A stretch of 64,000 nt of DNA, taken from positions 3,904,001 to 3,968,000 of the forward strand of contig JBKAGP010000001.1 of the NCBI GenBank assembly GCA_046290465.1, written 5' to 3'. Both the position numbers and the translations under genes were made by a program. Below, piece by piece: positions 18,538 to 28,600 of this stretch (positions are counted from its first letter, which is position 1; each line of letters opens with the position of its first letter). The notes under the pieces were generated by a model. The model ran no database searches. It saw nothing but the letters and a program-made list of their open reading frames with translations, and was not told the origin of the DNA. The stretch comes from Planctomycetota bacterium (GTDB taxonomy: Bacteria > Planctomycetota > UBA1135 > UBA2386).

Positions 18538-21486
18538 GTGCGCGTGAGCGCGACCCTCGTCACGAAGCCCGCCAGGCTCACGCGCGCCGCGTTGGTCGTG
18601 GCCGCGATGGCCACCGCGATCGCCGCGCAGGCGGCGCCCGGCTACAGCCGCGACGTTCGGCCGATCCTGTCGGAGAAGTGCTTTGCGTGCCACGGTCCGG
18701 ACGAGGCGGGGCGCGAGGCCGATCTGCGGCTCGACGTGGCCGGCCACGGCCGGACGCGGGAGCTGATCCAGCGCATCACCGCGACCGAACGCAGTGAGGT
18801 GATGCCGCCGCCGCACAGCGGCAAGACGCTGTCGAAGGCGGAGATCGCGACGCTGACGGAGTGGGTCGAGGCGGGCACGCCATACGAGACGCACTGGGCG
18901 TTCGTGCGGCCGGAGCGGGTGGAGGTCGCGGATGGAGCCGATGCGGGCGCGAGTGCGATCGACCGGTTGGTGCGGGCGCGCCAGCGCGAGCACGGCCTGC
19001 AGCCGGCACCCGAGGCCGACCGCGTCACGCTGGCGCGCCGCCTGTATCTGGACCTGACCGGGCTGCCGCCGACGCCGGCGCAGGCCGATGCGTTCGTGCA
19101 GGACCGAGCGCCCGGCGCCTACGAACGTCTGGTCGACGAGCTGATCGCTTCGCCGCACTACGCCGAACGGCAGGCGCGGCGCTGGCTCGACCTCGCGCGC
19201 TATGCCGACAGCAACGGCTACGAGAAGGACCGGCCGCGCAGCATCTGGCCGTATCGCGACTGGGTGATCCGCGCGTTCGAGGCGCGCATGCCGTTCGACG
19301 AGTTCGTGGTGCGGCAGCTGGCCGGCGACATGCTGCCGGATGCGACGGCCGAGGATCGGATCGCGACCGGCTTCCATCGCAACACGATGCTCAACGAGGA
19401 GGGCGGTATCGATCCGCTCGAGTTCCGCTTCCACGCGCTGACCGATCGGGTCGCGACCACCGGATCGGTGTTCCTCGGGCTGACCATCGGCTGCGCGCAG
19501 TGCCACACGCACAAGTACGACCCGATCACGCATCGGGAGTACTTCGGCCTGATGGCCTACTTCGACGACGCCGACGAACCCGACCTGCTCGTGCCCGACG
19601 CCGCCGCCGACCGTCGCCTCGCTGCCAACCGCGATCAGGCGCGACGACAGCTCGACGCGCTGTGGCGGTCCTGGCCCGAGGATGCCGAGCCGCGCGATCG
19701 TCGCTTCGCGCAGTGGCTGGGCGAACGCCGCGCGCAGGCGGCGGCGTGGACGCCGGCGCCGGTCGCCCGCGCTTCATCCAACCTGCCGACGCTGACCACC
19801 GATCGCGACCATCCGGGCGTCGTGGTCGCAACGGGAGACACCAGCAAGCACGACACCTACGACCTCGCGCTGGCGCCGCTCGCGACTACGGTCACCGCGA
19901 TCCGGATCGAGGCGCTGCCGGACGACGCGCTGCCGGCCGGCGGACCGGGCCTGACCTACTACGAGGGTCGCAAGGGCGACTTCTTCCTGTCGGAGTTCGT
20001 CGCGCACGTCGACGAAGGCGACGGACGGCGGCGCGCGAAGGTCGCGCGTGCGAGCGAGAGCTTCGCCAAGAACCAGTACGGTTCGCACCCCGCCAACGCC
20101 GCCGCGGCGATCGACGGGGACCTGCAGACCGGCTGGTCGACGCACACGCGCAACGGCGAACGGCACGTCGCGGTGTTCGTGCTCGCGGCGCCGATTCCGG
20201 CCGGCGCCGGGGTCACGCTCGAACTGCACTTCGGCCGACACTTCGCCAGTTCGCTCGGTCGCCTGCGGATCTCGGTGACGGACCGGGACGGCGGCGCCGA
20301 CGCGATGGCGCTCGCGTTCGACGACGACGGCGCCGTCGAGGCGCTGCTGCACGTGCCGGACGGCGAGCTCGACGAGGCGCAACGGCGCCAGCTGCGCGAT
20401 GCGTTCCTGCTCGAGGCGGCCGAGGTCGCCGAGGGTGCCGGCAAGGTCCGTCGGCTGCGCCGACGCGTCGAGCACGCCAGCACGCTGGTGATGCAGGAGC
20501 GTCCCGCCGCACGCGGCCGCGTCACGCGACGCCACCATCGCGGCGAGTTCCTGCAGCCCAAGGAACCGGTCGAACCGATGCTGCCGGCGGCGCTCGGCGC
20601 GACGCAGCGGCCCCGCAATCGGCTCGAACTGGCGCGGTGGCTGGTCTCGCGCGACAACCCGCTCGCCGGGCGCGTCGTCGTCAACCGCGAGTGGGCGGCC
20701 TTCTTCGGTCGCGGACTGGTCGCGACGCCCGGCGACTTCGGCGCGCAGGGCGCGGCCCCCAGCCATCCGGTGCTGCTCGACTGGCTCGCGGTCGACCTGA
20801 TCGAGGGTGGGTGGAACCTGCAGCGGTTGCACCGCCAGATCGTGACCAGCGCGACCTACCGACAGAGCGCGCGCGCCGCCGCCGGCCAGCTCGCGTGCGA
20901 TCCGGACAATCGCTGGCTCGCGCGCGCTCCGCGCCTGCGGCTCGACGCCGAGGTCGTGCGCGATGCGGCGCTGGTCGCGAGCGGCAAGCTCAGCGAAACG
21001 CGGTTCGGTCGGCCGGTGCGACCGCCGCAACCGAAGGACGTCACCGAGATCGCGTTCGGCCGGCCCGGGTGGCGCGCCGACCGCGGCGAGGCGCGCTTCC
21101 GACGCAGCATCTACACGTTCCAGAAGCGCACCGCGCCGTTTGCGTTCTATGCGACGTTCGACGCGCCGAGCGGCGAGTCGTGCCTGGTGCAGCGGCAGCG
21201 ATCCCGGACGCCGCTGCAGGTGCTGTCGCTGCTCAACGACCCGATGATGGTCGAACTGCACGAGGCCTTCGGGCAGGCGCTCGCGGCGCGCGCCCAACGG
21301 GACGGCGTCGGGGCGGCGCTGGTGCACGCGTTCCGCCGCGTCTGCACGCGCGCGCCGGAGGACGCGGAGCTCGACCGCCTGCGCGCGTTCTTCGACCGGC
21401 AGCTCGAACGGACCGACCAGAAGACCGCCTGGGCCGCCGTCGCGCGCGCGCTGCTGTGCCTGGAGGAGGCGGTGACCCGGAGCTGA
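18538..21486 (+). CDS. Planctomycete cytochrome c / DUF1549 / DUF1553 (PSD1) protein
   Basis: CFACHG and CAQCHTHKYDP heme motifs, RWLDLARYADS, PSHPVLLDWLA; start approximate. Confidence 0.95.
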   Translation: MRVSATLVTKPARLTRAALVVAAMATAIAAQAAPGYSRDVRPILSEKCFACHGPDEAGREADLRLDVAGHGRTRELIQRITATERSEVMPPPHSGKTLSKAEIATLTEWVEAGTPYETHWAFVRPERVEVADGADAGASAIDRLVRARQREHGLQPAPEADRVTLARRLYLDLTGLPPTPAQADAFVQDRAPGAYERLVDELIASPHYAERQARRWLDLARYADSNGYEKDRPRSIWPYRDWVIRAFEARMPFDEFVVRQLAGDMLPDATAEDRIATGFHRNTMLNEEGGIDPLEFRFHALTDRVATTGSVFLGLTIGCAQCHTHKYDPITHREYFGLMAYFDDADEPDLLVPDAAADRRLAANRDQARRQLDALWRSWPEDAEPRDRRFAQWLGERRAQAAAWTPAPVARASSNLPTLTTDRDHPGVVVATGDTSKHDTYDLALAPLATTVTAIRIEALPDDALPAGGPGLTYYEGRKGDFFLSEFVAHVDEGDGRRRAKVARASESFAKNQYGSHPANAAAAIDGDLQTGWSTHTRNGERHVAVFVLAAPIPAGAGVTLELHFGRHFASSLGRLRISVTDRDGGADAMALAFDDDGAVEALLHVPDGELDEAQRRQLRDAFLLEAAEVAEGAGKVRRLRRRVEHASTLVMQERPAARGRVTRRHHRGEFLQPKEPVEPMLPAALGATQRPRNRLELARWLVSRDNPLAGRVVVNREWAAFFGRGLVATPGDFGAQGAAPSHPVLLDWLAVDLIEGGWNLQRLHRQIVTSATYRQSARAAAGQLACDPDNRWLARAPRLRLDAEVVRDAALVASGKLSETRFGRPVRPPQPKDVTEIAFGRPGWRADRGEARFRRSIYTFQKRTAPFAFYATFDAPSGESCLVQRQRSRTPLQVLSLLNDPMMVELHEAFGQALAARAQRDGVGAALVHAFRRVCTRAPEDAELDRLRAFFDRQLERTDQKTAWAAVARALLCLEEAVTRS

Positions 21487-22934
21487 TGACGATGCGAGCA
21501 CGACTCGACTCCGACCCGTTGCGCGCCGGCCGCCGCCAGTTCTTGTCCGACTGCGGCGTCGGCCTCGGCAAGATCGCGGCGGCGTCCCTGCTGGCCGGCC
21601 CCGCGTTCGGCGCGGGCCGCGGCAGCGACCCGCGGCCGACCGACCCGCGGCCGCCGCACTTCGCCCCGCGCGCCAAGGCCGTCATCCACCTGTTCATGGG
21701 CGGCGCGCCGAGCCAGCTCGACCTGTTCGACCCGAAGCCGCAGCTGACGCGCTTCGAGGGCAAGCCGCTGCCGGCGTCGGTGATCGGCGACCAGCGCTAC
21801 GCGTTCATCCGGCCGGACGCGGCGGTGCTGGGGCCGCGGTTTGCGTTTGCGCGGCACGGCGAGTCGGGCGCGGTGCTCGGCAGCCCGCTGCGTCATCTGG
21901 CGTCGGTCGCCGATGAGCTGTGCATCGTGCGTTCGATGCACACCGACCAGTTCAACCACGCGCCGGCGCAGCTGCTGATGAACTCCGGGTTCTCGCAGCC
22001 CGGCCGGCCGAGCATGGGTTCCTGGGCGATCTACGGGCTCGGCGCAGCCAGCCGCGAACTGCCGGCGTTCGTCGCGATGAGCACGGGCTCCGGCCTGAGC
22101 GCCGGTTCGGCGCTGTGGTCGAGCGGCTTCCTGCCGAAGAGCTTCGACGGCGTGCGGCTGCGCAACGGCAGGGATCCGATCCTCAACCTGAGCACGCCCG
22201 AGCGCTTCGCCGCGCACGGGCTGCAGGAAGAGACGTTTGCGCTGGTCGCCGACCTCGACCGGCGTCGCGCCGAAGCGCTCGCCGATCCGTCGATCACGGC
22301 CCGCATCCAGTCGCTGGAGATGGCCGCACAGCTGCAGACCTCGGCGCCCGAACTGCTCGACCTGCAGAGCGAAGGCGCCGACACGCTGGCGCTCTACGGC
22401 TGCGATCCGGACGAGCCGTCGTTCGCGCGGGCGTGCCTGCTGGCCCGCCGTCTGGTCGAGCGCGGCGTTCGCTTCGTCAACATCTTCCACGAGGGTTGGG
22501 ACGCGCACAGCGACGTCAAGGGCAGCACGCTGCGCAACTGCCGCGCGACCGACCGCGCCTGCGCGGCGCTGGTGCACGACCTGAAGTGCCGCGGCATGCT
22601 CGACGACACGCTGGTCGTCTGGGGCGGCGAGTTCGGTCGCACGCCGATGGTCGAGACCAACCCGGCGCTCGGCCGCAGCCTCGGCCGGGATCACCACCCG
22701 CAGGCGTTTACGATCTGGATGGCGGGCGGCGGCGTGCGCGCCGGCCATACGCACGGCGCGACCGACGAGTTCGGTTTCCACATCGTCGACGGCCCGGTGC
22801 ACGTGCACGACCTGCAGGCGACGATCCTGCACCTGCTGGGCCTCGACCACGAACGGCTGACGTTCCGGCACGCCGGGCGCGACTTCCGCCTGACGGACGT
22901 GCACGGCCGGGTCGTGCGGGAGCTGCTGGCCTGA
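21486..22934 (+). CDS. DUF1501 family protein, Tat-like signal
   Basis: RRQFL, LFMGGAPSQLDLFDPKP, GEFGRTP, GRDHHP; TGATG coupling to the DUF1553 gene. Confidence 0.95.
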   Translation: MTMRARLDSDPLRAGRRQFLSDCGVGLGKIAAASLLAGPAFGAGRGSDPRPTDPRPPHFAPRAKAVIHLFMGGAPSQLDLFDPKPQLTRFEGKPLPASVIGDQRYAFIRPDAAVLGPRFAFARHGESGAVLGSPLRHLASVADELCIVRSMHTDQFNHAPAQLLMNSGFSQPGRPSMGSWAIYGLGAASRELPAFVAMSTGSGLSAGSALWSSGFLPKSFDGVRLRNGRDPILNLSTPERFAAHGLQEETFALVADLDRRRAEALADPSITARIQSLEMAAQLQTSAPELLDLQSEGADTLALYGCDPDEPSFARACLLARRLVERGVRFVNIFHEGWDAHSDVKGSTLRNCRATDRACAALVHDLKCRGMLDDTLVVWGGEFGRTPMVETNPALGRSLGRDHHPQAFTIWMAGGGVRAGHTHGATDEFGFHIVDGPVHVHDLQATILHLLGLDHERLTFRHAGRDFRLTDVHGRVVRELLA

Positions 22935-22995
22935 GCAGGGCCGTCAGCGCAGGACCGGCAGCGCAGGGCCGGCAACGCAGGGCCGGCAGCGCAGG
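22935..22995. repeat. 14-bp tandem repeat (GCAGGGCCGGCAGC, 4 copies plus partial)
   Basis: Read directly; lies between convergent genes. Confidence 0.85.
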
Positions 22996-23000
22996 TGCTG

Positions 23001-23813
23001 CTACCTGCGCCGCAGCAGCAGCCGCGCCTGGTCGACCCGGTAGCCGCGGGCCCGGGCCAGCCGAACCCAGATCTCGGCTTCGGTGTCCGCGCCGGTGCGC
23101 TTCGGCCTGGCCTCTACCGCACGCAGGGCGGCGTGCCGCTCCTCGCTGTCGAGACCGTTGAAGCGGTATGCCGCGTCCTCGGCGGTGAACTGCTCGATCC
23201 CGCGGCGGAATCGGATGGAGTCCACCATCCCGGCGTGGTCGGCGACGCGCACGGGAAACACCAGATCGGCCAGCAGACCGTCGTCGAGCACGACGGTCTC
23301 GTAGGTCACGATGCGCCAGCCGGGCGGCGACGCCGGCCAGGCCTTGCCGACCTCGCCCGGCTTGACCAGCAGGTAGTCGCCGGATTCGAGCATGCGGATC
23401 TGCGCCGAACGAAGCTCGATCAGCTCCGACAGGTTGGCCTCGTCCATCAGCCCGCCGCCTTCGGCGCGCAGCCGGGCCAGGGCCAGCTCCTTCCTGCGCA
23501 CGTTCTCCTGCAGGTCCGTGGCGACGCGCGTGCGGAGGTCCGACGGCAGGTCCCCGAGCGGAGCCAGGGTCACCTTGGCCACGGCCAACGCAGCTGCGCT
23601 GGCGGTGGTCGGCGCTTCGTGCTCCGCGCAGCATTGCGGCTCTCGCTGCGGTGCGGCGAGGTCCGCCGGATCGAGTTGCGACGAGAACTGCTGCGCAGAG
23701 GTCTGCGCCAGTTCGGGCGCCGGCCTGGCGGCAGGGACCGCCGTGGTGCTGCGGCCGAACCACAGCCAGGAACCGACGACGAGCGCGATCGCGACGATCA
23801 ACGTGTAGCGCAT
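23001..23813 (-). CDS. N-terminally anchored hypothetical protein
   Basis: Hydrophobic N-terminus; starts 4 bp after the upstream gene's stop. Confidence 0.7.
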   Translation of the reverse strand: MRYTLIVAIALVVGSWLWFGRSTTAVPAARPAPELAQTSAQQFSSQLDPADLAAPQREPQCCAEHEAPTTASAAALAVAKVTLAPLGDLPSDLRTRVATDLQENVRRKELALARLRAEGGGLMDEANLSELIELRSAQIRMLESGDYLLVKPGEVGKAWPASPPGWRIVTYETVVLDDGLLADLVFPVRVADHAGMVDSIRFRRGIEQFTAEDAAYRFNGLDSEERHAALRAVEARPKRTGADTEAEIWVRLARARGYRVDQARLLLRRR

Positions 23814-23817
23814 GGCC

Positions 23818-24360
23818 CTAGCCTCCGCACTTGGCGCATTGCAGCGGGATCTTGGCGAAGGCGATCTTCTGCCCGCACTTGATCGTGATCTCGACGTCCT
23901 GGCTCTTGTCCTCGTCCGCGCAGGCGACGCTGCCGCTCACGACGTACGATTCCGAGCCGATGTTGTAGGGGATCGTGTCGTTGGTCGGACCCCACACGCC
24001 ATTGTCGTACGTGACCTGAAGGTCGCCGCCGTTGCAGCAGCAGTCGTCCACGTAGACGACATCACAGCTGAACTTGAGGCTGCATTCCGCCTCGAGGTCT
24101 TCGCAGTCGACGCCGTCGACTTCCTTGCAGTAGCCGTCCCCGAGGGTCGGCTGCGCGAGGTTCTGGATCTTGAAGCAGGTCGTCGCGCCGTCACCGCAGA
24201 GCACGACGGCGCTGTTGTTGGCGGGGCCGGCGGTTGCCGAACAGCTGCAGGGAACAGGATCGTCGACCGGCGCAGCGGCACGGATCTCGGTGGGAGGCGT
24301 CCAGGATGCGGTAGCGCCAACTACCAGGGCCAAGGCCGTCGCGAATCGAAGCACCGTCAT
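23818..24360 (-). CDS. Secreted Cys-rich protein (15 Cys)
   Basis: GAGGAG RBS, signal peptide, CSC...CCC...CAKC. Confidence 0.8.
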   Translation of the reverse strand: MTVLRFATALALVVGATASWTPPTEIRAAAPVDDPVPCSCSATAGPANNSAVVLCGDGATTCFKIQNLAQPTLGDGYCKEVDGVDCEDLEAECSLKFSCDVVYVDDCCCNGGDLQVTYDNGVWGPTNDTIPYNIGSESYVVSGSVACADEDKSQDVEITIKCGQKIAFAKIPLQCAKCGG

Positions 24361-24457
24361 GTGAACTCTCCTCTCTTGAAGCAACCCGGGACCCTTCGAC
24401 CCGCGGACGTGAGACTCCCTATCCAGCCCGAGAAGCTATTGGCGCGCTCATACGATA

Positions 24458-25672
24458 TCAACGTTTCCGTCGATTCATCGCGCCACCCGTGCCTGGATCC
24501 GCTATCGCGGCGGCGGCGACCACGAGGCCCGTCTCGAGATCGCGCACGATGGCGACGAACGGACGGTCGGCGTGGAACACCTTCCGGCGGCGAGATGTCG
24601 AAGGCGCCGAGCTGACCATGGTCACCGAGCCGACCCCGACACCTTCTTCGTTCATGCCGAACGCGGCGATCTGCGTGCCGGCGAGGAAGCGGCCGCCGCC
24701 GTTCTGACCGGCGCGCTCCATCAGGTTCCAGCGCGCCTGCGCGTCGACCTTGGGGAGGATCATGGTCACCCGGGACGGCTCGAGCTTCGGCAGCATCGAG
24801 TCGCCCGAGGCGATCGCCTGCGCCAGCAAGCCGCGCAGCGCCTCGAAGTCGAGGTAGCCGTCGGGCAGCAGGAAGTCGACCGCGAACCCCTTCTCGCGCA
24901 ACGGCAATCGCAGCACCCGGAAGTCCGCCGACTCACCGATGAGGCAGTTGCCCTTGCGCTTCATGAACGTCGCAAAGATGCGCTGGTCCTTGGCCGGGCG
25001 GAACGCGCCCAACTGGCTGTTCGACTTCTCGAACGGGTCCTGCCACGCCAGCTTCGCGCCGAACCAGGACACGGCGATCCGGTCCACACCCTCGGGGAGG
25101 TCCGCGACCATGCCGCGATCGCCCCGCCCATCGGAGGCGCGCAGACTCTTCGACAGGTCCTGCCCCTTTGCATGCGTCAGGCCGGGCACACCGGGGACGT
25201 CGCAGGCCATGCTCAGCAGTTCTTTGCGTGTCCGGCCTCGCTGCAGTTGCCACCCGAGATCCGTCACGAGTCGCGTCACCGAACTGTGCAACTCCAGGTC
25301 GGGGGACACGACCAACCGCCCTCCGATGCGAAGCTCCTCGCCGCCACGCTTGCGCAGTTCGCGTATCAATCGCTGCAGCCTCGGAATCGCCGTGGCCACG
25401 GTATGGCCGCCGCCAGTGTACGGAGACAACAACGCGGCCTCGAGTTCGGTCCCGACGACCTGCGACATCGTGATCGCGGCCGTCGAGATTCCGAGCGGAA
25501 CGACGATGACGTTGCCGGACTCGCCGCCATCTCGGAGCTGCGCGACCCGGCGCGCCGCGTCGAGGTGTATGTACGGCACGAGATCCTGCCCGTGCAGCGA
25601 CGCTTTGGCCTGCGGCTGCTGGGGGCCGCCCACGCAGCAGATGGACAGCAGGCAAGGAATGGCTGTCAGCAT
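24458..25672 (-). CDS. Serpin-family protein (divergent, signal peptide)
   Basis: NVIVVPLGISTA, WQDPF, VLRLPL..FLLP, MILPKV, hinge NEEG, C-terminal signature VFHADRPFVAIVRD. Confidence 0.85.
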   Translation of the reverse strand: MLTAIPCLLSICCVGGPQQPQAKASLHGQDLVPYIHLDAARRVAQLRDGGESGNVIVVPLGISTAAITMSQVVGTELEAALLSPYTGGGHTVATAIPRLQRLIRELRKRGGEELRIGGRLVVSPDLELHSSVTRLVTDLGWQLQRGRTRKELLSMACDVPGVPGLTHAKGQDLSKSLRASDGRGDRGMVADLPEGVDRIAVSWFGAKLAWQDPFEKSNSQLGAFRPAKDQRIFATFMKRKGNCLIGESADFRVLRLPLREKGFAVDFLLPDGYLDFEALRGLLAQAIASGDSMLPKLEPSRVTMILPKVDAQARWNLMERAGQNGGGRFLAGTQIAAFGMNEEGVGVGSVTMVSSAPSTSRRRKVFHADRPFVAIVRDLETGLVVAAAAIADPGTGGAMNRRKR

Positions 25673-25677
25673 GGGCG

Positions 25678-28600
25678 TTACTTGAGCTCGAGCAGGTCGG
25701 ACCACTTGATGTCCGTGTTGATGTCAAAAGAGCGCTCGCCCGGTCGAGACTCGAGGGTCGGCGACTTCTTGTCCGCCTTGAGAGACTGGAACGGGAAGCC
25801 CGCCAGCATCGTCATCACGAGGTTGCTCGCCGACTTGGGACCGTTCGGGATGTTGCCCGCAAAGCACGAGAAGATGCTCACGTCGGGATCGAGGCCGTGC
25901 CAGTTCTTGGCGAGCGACGTCCACGCGCGCGCCTCCTTGAGGCCCGCTTCGGCCGCCTCCATGTCGGGGAACGTGCCGTCGCGATTGCCGTGTCCGCAGA
26001 CGTGCATCTTCAGGCCTCCCTGCAGGCCCGGCTTGACGATGCCCTTTCGGTCCTTGATCCACGCACCCTCGTCATCCTTGAACCACGCGCCATATTCACT
26101 CGGCGGCTTGAACCGCGTCGTGACGACCACCTCGCCGTCCTCGTCCCGGCGCGCATGGATGATCACGACGCCGTCGACGTCCTCCGTGCCGTCTATCGAC
26201 TGCTCGAAGGTCATGACCGCGATATTTCCGGCGGCGGCGTTGCCATCGTCTCCGATGATGACCACGACGGTGATCAGTCCGAGCGGGTCCGAGTGGGACA
26301 ATGGTCCGGAACCGACGAAGGCATGGGCGTTGCCCAGGTTGCAGGAATCGGCGAAGGCACCGAGCGGATCGCGGGTCAGGAAGCGTCCGATCGCGGGCGC
26401 ATAGTACCGATTGCGCATGTATGCGAGCCCGGTCGCCGAGTCCCATCGCGTGCCGTTCCACAAGAACGGCTGGCCGATCGACGACTGCGAGGCTGCACCG
26501 GACCCGGCCACGAAGACCGTCGGTGTGCCATACGGATCGTATTCGTAGGTCTCGACGACGGCGCCGGTGTCGTCCACGAGCACCGCCGTCGAATCGCGCA
26601 GCCCCTGCAGCGCATGGTAGTCGTGCCACGCGCCGGCAGCGTCACGCCGGCGGTACGCCACCAGCTCGTTGGAGGTCGCCCCCCATACGAATTGCTTCCG
26701 CGGCACCGCGGTGTTGGGCGCGCCACCGTCGAGGCCGCACTCGGCGATCTCGTTCCAGCCGTCGTAGACGTGGAAGCAGGTCTCGACGCCGACCCAGACC
26801 GATACCGATCGGCGGTCGTAGACGTCGTAGACGAACACGGCCTTCAGCTGCAGCTGACCCGGACTCGGCAGGAAGCCGGGCTTGCCGCCGCCACCGGTCG
26901 CGTTCAGCGTGATCACGCCGCCCGCGATGGATGCCCGTAGCTGGCTGCGGAACGCGGGATCCATGTGCTCCTTGAGCAGACGCCCGTAGAGGTTGGTGAC
27001 CCCCATCCGCACGTCGTCCTGCGCGTCGTCGAAGCCGTCCTGCTGGGCCTCGGCGTACTTCTCCTCGTCGTTCGCCGGCGCGTCCGGAAGGATCTCCCAG
27101 ATCTCCGACAGACGGTTGCGGTAGTCGTACTTGTAGACGAAGACTCCGTCGCAGATCAGGTTGCCGCGGCCGTCGTATTCGTATGGAATCGCCGCGCCGC
27201 CACCACCGACCGCCGGCGTCGAGACCGACGCATAGCGATTGCTCGCGCCCTGCGGGTGGCTCGCACCCTGGGTCGCGTAGTCCTGCTCGAGCAGGCCGCC
27301 GGTCGTCGCATCCTCGCGATCGAGCGAGATGCGGTTGTGCACACCGTCCATCGAGAACTGCTGGAACTGCCCGACCTGACCCGCCACGTAGCCAGCGGGG
27401 GGCGAGCCGGCCATCGTGGCGACGCCGCTCCAGGCCTTCTCGAGTCGGTGGAAGCCGTCGTAGGCGAAGCGGTCGCCGGCCGACCCGTCCACCTTGGTGT
27501 GCACCTCCTTCTCGAGGTTGCCAGCGGCGTCGTAGAGGTAGGCGAAGTCCGAGATGGTCGTCGGCGTGGGGTTGGACGCATCGGAGAACTCGTGCTCGAT
27601 GCCACCCAGGCGACCGAAGCCGTCCCAACTGAACGTCGTGTCGACCTCCGGCAGGTTGGTCCCGCCCGGCGTCAACCGCCGCGTGCGCCGACGCATGCCG
27701 GTCCAGCCATAGTCGGCCAACGGAACGTTCGGGCCGCTGAGGTCGCCGGACGTGTCCCAGTCCAGCTCGTCGAGACGGCCGCGACCGTCGCGCGTCATCG
27801 TCACGCCGAGTGGTTGTGCGAACGCGCTGCCCGCTCCGAGACCGTCGACGAAGTCCCACCCACTGCGGAACGGGTCATTGCCGACATACTCGGAGTGCAC
27901 CTCGAGCACGTTGGCGCTGGCCGCGGCGAAGTTGTAGCGCTCGTCGTGGATGCGACCGATCGAGTCCTCGCGACGATGCACGGTGCCGATCGGCACCTGG
28001 TTGGCCGGGTCCGCGAGGTAGTCGTTGATCTCGACCCGACCCAGCGCATCGCGACGGATCCAGTCGGTCACGTTCCAGCCGGAGATCTTGTTCGGCGCAC
28101 CCTCCAACCAGCGCTTGATGACGCGTCCGGCGCCATCGCGCGCAAAGCGCGTGCGCCCCTGGTCTCCGTCGTAAACGTCCGTCATCCTCGACGCGGCATC
28201 GTATACCGCGAACAGACACATATCTGCATTCGGCGCCGCGGCCGACGGCAACGCCGATGCGCCGGGCCGTTGCAGGATGAACGCTCGGCCTGCAAAATCG
28301 AAGTGTGTAGCGGTCGAATTCCCACTGTCATCGACATCCTGACGGATCGTGCGACCGTCTCCCTGGGTGGCACCCGAGTCGGTGAATATGGTCGACGTAA
28401 CGATGGAAATCGCTGCGCCATCGACCCGCGCGTGTTCGACGACGCGCCCGACGCCGTCACGGAGGTATTTGTGCACCAGGCCCTTGGGGTCGATGTGGCG
28501 ATCCAGGACACCCAGGCTGTCGTAGGCATAGGCGTGCACGAGCGGGCTGGCTTCGGTCGCACCGCGACGGGCCAGCACGACGCGACCGAACGCATCGACG

